A DNA stretch of 63,525 bases, counting the filler. It is 4 parts of 4 records of this genome, joined end to end, with 100 filler letters (N's around TTAATTAATTAA, not from the genome) between each part and the next. Parts side by side here need not be neighbours in the genome. Positions count along the whole stretch, not along the records: positions 55,869 to 63,525 come from SRR20825006_429; 3 more parts are not named here. The stretch is one strand, 5' to 3'. Positions within the stretch are counted from its first letter, which is position 1, and the number at the start of each line of letters is the position of its first letter. Below, in pieces: positions 58,349 to 63,525 of this stretch. The notes below the pieces were generated by a model. That model was not told the origin of the DNA and did not search any database. It saw only the letters and a list, made by a program, of their open reading frames with translations. The position numbers and the translations under genes are program-made.

Positions 58349-59428
58349 CTACAGCTCTTTATAAACCGCTTCGCCATTACGGACGAACGGCGGCTTGACC
58401 ACCTGTGCAACCTGGCGCTTGTTGCGGATTTCCACATCCACCTTGCCGGTGGCGCCAGCGGGCAACCGCGCCAGGGCAATGGATTTACCCAGCGTGGGCG
58501 AGAAGGTGCCGCTGGTGATTTCCCCTTCTTCGCCATTGGGCATCAGGACTTTCTGGTGGGCGCGCAATACCCCCTTGCCTTCCAGAATCAGACCCACCTG
58601 CTCGGCGTGGCCGTTTTCCTGCTGGTTAAGCAGTGGCTGGCGACCAATGAATTCCCGGTCGTTCAGCATCACGGTCCAGCCCATGTTGGCTTCCCACGGC
58701 GTGATGGTGTTGTCCATGTCGTTGCCGTACAGGTTCAGGCCCGCCTCAAGACGCAGAGTGTCACGGGCGCCCAAGCCGATGGGGGCAACGCCGGCGTCCA
58801 GCAACTGGCCCCACAGGGCCACTGCATCCGCGTTGGGCAGCATGATTTCCACGCCGTCTTCGCCGGTGTAGCCGGTGCGGGCGATCATCCAGTCTCCGTC
58901 TTGCGCGAAGGCAAAAATTTTCAGGCTGCTTACCGCCTCAGCACGGGCACCGCTGAGCAGCCCCGCAAGCGTTTCACGTGCCTTCGGTCCCTGGATTGCC
59001 AGCATGGCCAGTTCCGGGCGCTCGTGAATATCCACGGCGAAACCGCCGGCCTGCTTTTCCATCCAGTCCAGGTCAGTTTCGCGGGTCGCGCAATTTACCA
59101 CCAGTCGGTAGCTATTGTCCTGTTTATAGACGATAAGGTCGTCGATCACGCCGCCATTGTCGTTAAGCATGCCAGTGTACAGGGCGCGGCCCACATCAAT
59201 GCGGTCCACGTCGTTGGCCAACAGCTGGCGCAGGTAATCACGGGCACCGGCGCCGGCAATATCCACCACGGTCATGTGGGAGACATCGAACACCCCGGCG
59301 TTTTGACGCACGGCGTGGTGCTCCTCGATCTGGGATCCATAATTGATCGGCATATCCCAGCCGCCGAAGTCCACTATCTTGCCGCCAGCGGCGAGATGAG
59401 CGTCGTATAAAGCTGTGCGGTGAGCCAT
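58349..59428 (-). CDS. gcvT: Aminomethyltransferase (glycine cleavage T protein)
   Basis: [36 protein letters not shown]. Confidence 0.97.
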   Translation of the reverse strand: MAHRTALYDAHLAAGGKIVDFGGWDMPINYGSQIEEHHAVRQNAGVFDVSHMTVVDIAGAGARDYLRQLLANDVDRIDVGRALYTGMLNDNGGVIDDLIVYKQDNSYRLVVNCATRETDLDWMEKQAGGFAVDIHERPELAMLAIQGPKARETLAGLLSGARAEAVSSLKIFAFAQDGDWMIARTGYTGEDGVEIMLPNADAVALWGQLLDAGVAPIGLGARDTLRLEAGLNLYGNDMDNTITPWEANMGWTVMLNDREFIGRQPLLNQQENGHAEQVGLILEGKGVLRAHQKVLMPNGEEGEITSGTFSPTLGKSIALARLPAGATGKVDVEIRNKRQVAQVVKPPFVRNGEAVYKEL

Positions 59429-59535
59429 AAAAAGCACCATGGAACGAGTGAATGGGGAATTATATCGACACGGGGCCGAGTGGCATAGGCTGGGCCGGCA
59501 ATCTGCCCAATGTTGGCGCCCCCGGGCCGTAGCCA

Positions 59536-59562
59536 CAAAAAAGCCGGCCCGCAGGCCGGCTT
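59536..59562 (-). terminator. Intrinsic terminator of the FadL/Ig-lipoprotein operon
   Basis: AAGCCGGCC-tgcg-GGCCGGCTT followed by TTTT on the minus strand. Confidence 0.85.
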
Positions 59563-59588
59563 GAATGCCACTGCCAAAAACAGTGCGG

Positions 59589-62549
59589 TTACTGCGGTTT
59601 CTTGATGGACCCGCTCTGGAAGGTAAGGTTCACCCCGCCAACGGGGATCTGCAGGTCGATGGTGGCCAAGGCACCGCCAATACGCACGTCGATGTTCTGC
59701 TCCGCCAGGCTCACCAAACCGATGACCAAACGGCCATCAGGGAGGAAATCCACCGGACCCGACAACTGGAGGTCATCCAGCGGGTAACTGTGCAGGTTAA
59801 ATGGCAGCCCCAGCGGCGCCTCCATTTCCGGCGCATCGAGCAGCAAATCCAGCGTAGTGTCGAACATCAGCTGATCTTCAGCGGCGTCGTAGCGGATCCA
59901 GCCCGTTAGCGGTTGTGTCCGATTGCCATTGCCATCGGCATCGTAGCGGCCACGCATCACCAACGGTTCGGTGGGCACGTTCGGGCTTACCAGACCGGCA
60001 ATCTGTGCGTAGACGTCGGTGTTGGTTGTGATCAGCACCGGTGGGTACAGCGTCACTTCCACCGCCTGTTCAACTTCGCTCCAGCCCACAATATCCGCGT
60101 TGATACCGCCGTTGAGATAGGTGAATTTATCCGCCGGACAGGTTTCGTTGATATCGCAGCCAATGTTTGCCGCAGTGGCAATCCCGCCGGTATCCGTCAC
60201 CGCCAGTTTTGCCGCATTAGTGGGCGTCGGGTACTCCCCACTGCCCGGCGGCGTTTCCTGCGCTTTGATTTCGGTATCTTCCAGCGCGAAGTTGGCATTC
60301 ACATCCGCCTTGGGCAGGTTACGCAGCGGCAACAACACATTGTCGGTGGCCGCGGCTCCTGTGAACGCAATCGCCATATCCGGCCCGCCTTTATCCGCAT
60401 CCGGGCCCAGCAACTGTGCGGTCTGCAAAGGCATGTCATCTTGCGAACAGATTACCTCACCGGCGCAACCTGCCTGCTCATGGGACGTAAGCACATAGCG
60501 GTACAACACACCATTTTCCCAGGGCTGTTGAGGAGTAATGGTCAGCTTGCGAGTTTCCATGCTCAGGTGAGCAGGCACGGTTTCCAGGCAGTTGCCGGCC
60601 GTATCAATTTTCTCCACCCGCACGCTGCCTTGCCCACAGGTGGTGCCAAGCACCATGCTGTCGGCCGCCATATTCCGTGAGAACTGCACCTCGATGGGTC
60701 GGTTGGCTGGCAGCGTGGGCACCGGCAAGCTGTCACCGGCATCATTTTGATAGGCACTGGCGCACTCACCCTGAATACCGTTAGCCAGATCTTCCGTACC
60801 GGAATAAATGCCGCAGGGGAAGCCCGGATACACGGTGGTGGTATACGGTGTGCGTGGACTGCTCGTCGTCGCGTCCGGCATGGCGAAGTCGAGGGTTTCC
60901 GGGTTCGCCGGGTTACCGCTCAGGTCCTGCACGCCATCGGTGAACACCACTTGATAGTCCGTACCAAAGGCCAGCGGGTCATTCGGTGTTAGCACCAGTG
61001 ACGCGCCATCCAGGTGCCACTGAAACGGCACGTCTGTGCCCTGCCGGGTGATAGAAACGGTGGACCCCGGAACGATGGTGTCCTGGTTCGGGGTTTCATC
61101 GAAGTTCAGCACCACCGGATCGCCGGGGCGGAAGCGGTCGGCGAAATCGCCGGGCTGCCAGCTTTGCAGGCTGGGGCCAGTAATATCGACTTCAGGCTCT
61201 GGTGCGGTGGTCTGGTCTGCGTAGGATTCCATGTGGAAGCTCAACACGCCGTAAGCGGTTTCCACGCCTAACACTTCCGGCTCGATCACCCCGATAGCGT
61301 CAATCACCATACGGCCGTCGACCACAATGGCGCGCCCCACCAACTCCACTTGCAGCAGAGTTTGGGTGAAGGCGCCGTTGGCGCGGGAATCCGCGGTGGA
61401 GAAAGCCAGATCCAGGGTCAGCTGTACTCGCCGCGGGGCTTCCGGGCTGGCACTGTAAGGCGCTGGCGACAGGGTGCCGGAGGCATCGGACAGGAAGCTG
61501 ACGGTAACATCACCGGAATCGAAGCCCGCCGGCAGCTGGCCGCCAATTAGCACTTCCAGCGGCTCGCCTTTGAGCAGCGAACCTTTGCTGATGCGCAGTG
61601 GCGTGGCGTCCGGGAAGTCGGGCACGAAGGCCAGTTCTGCAAACACGTTACCGGACAATTTGGACACCGTAGTGTCACCCAACAGCTTGGCAATCAGCGG
61701 CACGCAATTGATCGGCTCGCCACTGAGCGGCGACAGCATGACGCCGTCCTCACCACAGGCCTTGGTAGGGTCCGCGGCCATGGCTTCAAGCACCAGGGTT
61801 TCCCGCGGGGTGGAGTCCTGCGGGGTCAGGGTAATACTGCTTTCCCCGCTGTAGGCAACACCGGTTTCACTGGTCAGCCCGGCGTCCAGTGCCAGGGTAT
61901 AGGCCACGCCTGGGCTCAGATCGTCCTTCGGGTCCAGGGTCAGCCGGGTGCCGCTCACCAGCAGGGTGGCATCCACCGGGTTGCCCGTATTGTCATTGAG
62001 GCTGACAGTGGTGTCGTCCACGGTGGCTCGGTCCAGCGGCTGCGAGAACTGCAGGTGGACGGTGGAAAAGTCCATGAAGGGCTGATCTTCGCCGCCCGAC
62101 GGCATTTGCCGGCTAATGACCAGCTCATCCGCTTGTTGCTGCTGCTCCTGCGGTCCCGCATCAGCGGAGCCGGTGGTGAAGTTCAGGGTGCCATCACTGA
62201 AACCGTCCAGGTCGATGCCGTTCAGGCTCAGGGTGTAGTCGCTGTTGAAGGCCAGCGGCAGGCGCGGCGTGATGACCACGGAGCGGCCCTGATCGGCCTC
62301 GCTCATGTCCACGTCGACAGCACCGTCCGGGCCGGTAAGGGTGATATCCGACAAGGCCAGACCCGGTGCTTCGGAGAACTGCACCACCAATGGCGCGTGC
62401 ACGGATATCTGTTCCTGCTGGTCTGCCGGGTAGCTGTAGAACACCTGCCCGCTGTTGCGGCCACTGTAATCCACGGTCTGCTCACTGCCACCACCACCGC
62501 AGGCGGTCAGCACCAGCGCGGTGGCGAAAAGTACGCTCGTTCGCATCAT
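59589..62549 (-). CDS. Large Ig-like (Big_5-type) repeat lipoprotein, AupB-like
   Basis: 986 aa; lipobox LTAC; repeated 'V/LxFS...LxxxP..PL..G..Y.L' Ig modules; directly downstream of the FadL-type gene. Confidence 0.75.
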   Translation of the reverse strand: MMRTSVLFATALVLTACGGGGSEQTVDYSGRNSGQVFYSYPADQQEQISVHAPLVVQFSEAPGLALSDITLTGPDGAVDVDMSEADQGRSVVITPRLPLAFNSDYTLSLNGIDLDGFSDGTLNFTTGSADAGPQEQQQQADELVISRQMPSGGEDQPFMDFSTVHLQFSQPLDRATVDDTTVSLNDNTGNPVDATLLVSGTRLTLDPKDDLSPGVAYTLALDAGLTSETGVAYSGESSITLTPQDSTPRETLVLEAMAADPTKACGEDGVMLSPLSGEPINCVPLIAKLLGDTTVSKLSGNVFAELAFVPDFPDATPLRISKGSLLKGEPLEVLIGGQLPAGFDSGDVTVSFLSDASGTLSPAPYSASPEAPRRVQLTLDLAFSTADSRANGAFTQTLLQVELVGRAIVVDGRMVIDAIGVIEPEVLGVETAYGVLSFHMESYADQTTAPEPEVDITGPSLQSWQPGDFADRFRPGDPVVLNFDETPNQDTIVPGSTVSITRQGTDVPFQWHLDGASLVLTPNDPLAFGTDYQVVFTDGVQDLSGNPANPETLDFAMPDATTSSPRTPYTTTVYPGFPCGIYSGTEDLANGIQGECASAYQNDAGDSLPVPTLPANRPIEVQFSRNMAADSMVLGTTCGQGSVRVEKIDTAGNCLETVPAHLSMETRKLTITPQQPWENGVLYRYVLTSHEQAGCAGEVICSQDDMPLQTAQLLGPDADKGGPDMAIAFTGAAATDNVLLPLRNLPKADVNANFALEDTEIKAQETPPGSGEYPTPTNAAKLAVTDTGGIATAANIGCDINETCPADKFTYLNGGINADIVGWSEVEQAVEVTLYPPVLITTNTDVYAQIAGLVSPNVPTEPLVMRGRYDADGNGNRTQPLTGWIRYDAAEDQLMFDTTLDLLLDAPEMEAPLGLPFNLHSYPLDDLQLSGPVDFLPDGRLVIGLVSLAEQNIDVRIGGALATIDLQIPVGGVNLTFQSGSIKKPQ

Positions 62550-62567
62550 TGTGTTTGCCTCCTGGGC

Positions 62568-63525
62568 TTAAAATTTCAGGGTGATGGAGCCACTAACCAC
62601 ATTCACCTCACCACTGGCTTCCACCTGCTCGCTGGGCTGCGGGTAAACGGCGGACCGGGTGTCGTAAATATCGAAGGTGCGGTCTTCCAGGATCTGATGC
62701 TGATAGGCCAGATCAAAACGCACCGGGAAGGCGAGGAAGCGGGTTTTCTTGTATTTCGCGGTGACACCCAGGCCGATGATCCATTTGTCCGTGTCCAGGT
62801 AGTTCACATCTACCGACGCATTGGATTCCAGCGGTGACTCGCTGTAAGCCACCCCGCCGGTGAACGAAAAATTCTCGTTGAGACGAAATTCGGTACCAAT
62901 GCGCGGGATGATGACGTCCTGAAAGGTAAGCTGCCCGGGCTGGCCGCTGACCGCCTGATCCTTGATGGTGTCTTTCTCCAGCTCCTCTTCCAGGGCAGAC
63001 CATTCCTGCCATTCGATGGTCACCCCGGTGCGCCACCGACCCGCCTGATACTGCACACCACCGGCGAGAATATTGGGCTGGTAGGAATCCAGGGTATTGA
63101 TGTTGAGCATCAGGCCTGGGTTGGGAATGACGCCGGGAATCACCGCATTGGCGTTCACTTCGGTTTGGGTGTTGGAGTAACCGCGATAGGAAAAAGCGGT
63201 TTCCAGGCCATTGAACCAGCAGTCATCGCCTTCACCGCAGAAAGTCTCGCCCCAGTCCATGTTGATGCCAAAGATCGGGCGAATGGACGGTTTGGCGGAG
63301 ACATCCAGCTCTTCGTACTGGGTGTTGCCGGCCAGGTCCGTGGTGGCGGACAGATCCGCCGCTGCATGCAGAGTAATTCGCGCTGTGGCCCCCACATCAA
63401 TACCGCGCCATAGCTGAGTGGCACCACCCAAATTAAGAAACAGCGGCTGGCGGCCGTATTCAAAATACTGACCCTGCTGGGAGGTCGAGGAATCAAACGC
63501 CAGCATTTCTTCACCGTATTTTTCC
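62568..63525 (-). CDS. FadL-family outer-membrane transporter, AupA-like, 5' partial
   Basis: Beta-strand pattern, WSAL, DVIIPRIGTE, GVAYSESP, NYLDTD, C-terminal ITLKF. Confidence 0.8.
   Translation of the reverse strand, partial: EKYGEEMLAFDSSTSQQGQYFEYGRQPLFLNLGGATQLWRGIDVGATARITLHAAADLSATTDLAGNTQYEELDVSAKPSIRPIFGINMDWGETFCGEGDDCWFNGLETAFSYRGYSNTQTEVNANAVIPGVIPNPGLMLNINTLDSYQPNILAGGVQYQAGRWRTGVTIEWQEWSALEEELEKDTIKDQAVSGQPGQLTFQDVIIPRIGTEFRLNENFSFTGGVAYSESPLESNASVDVNYLDTDKWIIGLGVTAKYKKTRFLAFPVRFDLAYQHQILEDRTFDIYDTRSAVYPQPSEQVEASGEVNVVSGSITLKF

Noticed and set aside
59429-59535. Glycine riboswitch upstream of gcvT
   Set aside because: The region is short, has a TATAAT about 30 bp from the start codon, and lacks the GGAGA...CCGAAG...CTCTCAGG aptamer core
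1-63525. CRISPR arrays, tRNA/rRNA genes, transposases, integrases, prophage or defence genes
   Set aside because: No repeat-spacer periodicity or recognisable motifs seen; the repeats found are REP-type or heptamer hairpins

Overview
The window is four unrelated contigs joined by artificial spacers (44 N + TTAATTAATTAA + 44 N at 15697-15796, 34984-35083 and 55769-55868). Taxon calls below are judged from gene content and composition only. Contig 1 (1-15696, moderate-GC alphaproteobacterium, Hyphomicrobiales-like) has a sugar ABC ATPase, then a divergent cluster: fold-type-III PLP enzyme, two MlrC/M81 amidohydrolases, two NTF2-like proteins, RidA, RpiR regulator, SDR and a cytoplasmic GH20 hexosaminidase. 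It reads like an oxidative, non-phosphorylating N-acetylhexosamine catabolic pathway and is the best candidate for an undescribed system. It is followed by glpD, an AEC transporter, a 2-hydroxyacid dehydrogenase, an ArsR-SRPBCC module with a double operator and an M20 amidohydrolase. Contig 2 (15797-34983, Alcanivorax-like) is bounded by REP copies and carries a Kunitz/BPTI lipoprotein, a lower-GC TolC-MFP-RND plus two-component island with a degenerate flanking direct repeat, and a ferritin-like/SDR/BVMO operon near a Rieske ferredoxin. Contig 3 (35084-55768, Hyphomonadaceae-like) is mostly core genes (dxs, ispA, xseB, signal peptidase I, gntK, sua5, mutL, cytochrome c, ldtR-like). Contig 4 (55869-63525, Alcanivorax-like) has gcvT-H-PA-PB with heptamer-periodic hairpins in the spacers and an AupA/AupB-like FadL plus Ig-lipoprotein pair. 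No rRNA, tRNA, CRISPR array, transposase or integrase was recognised.
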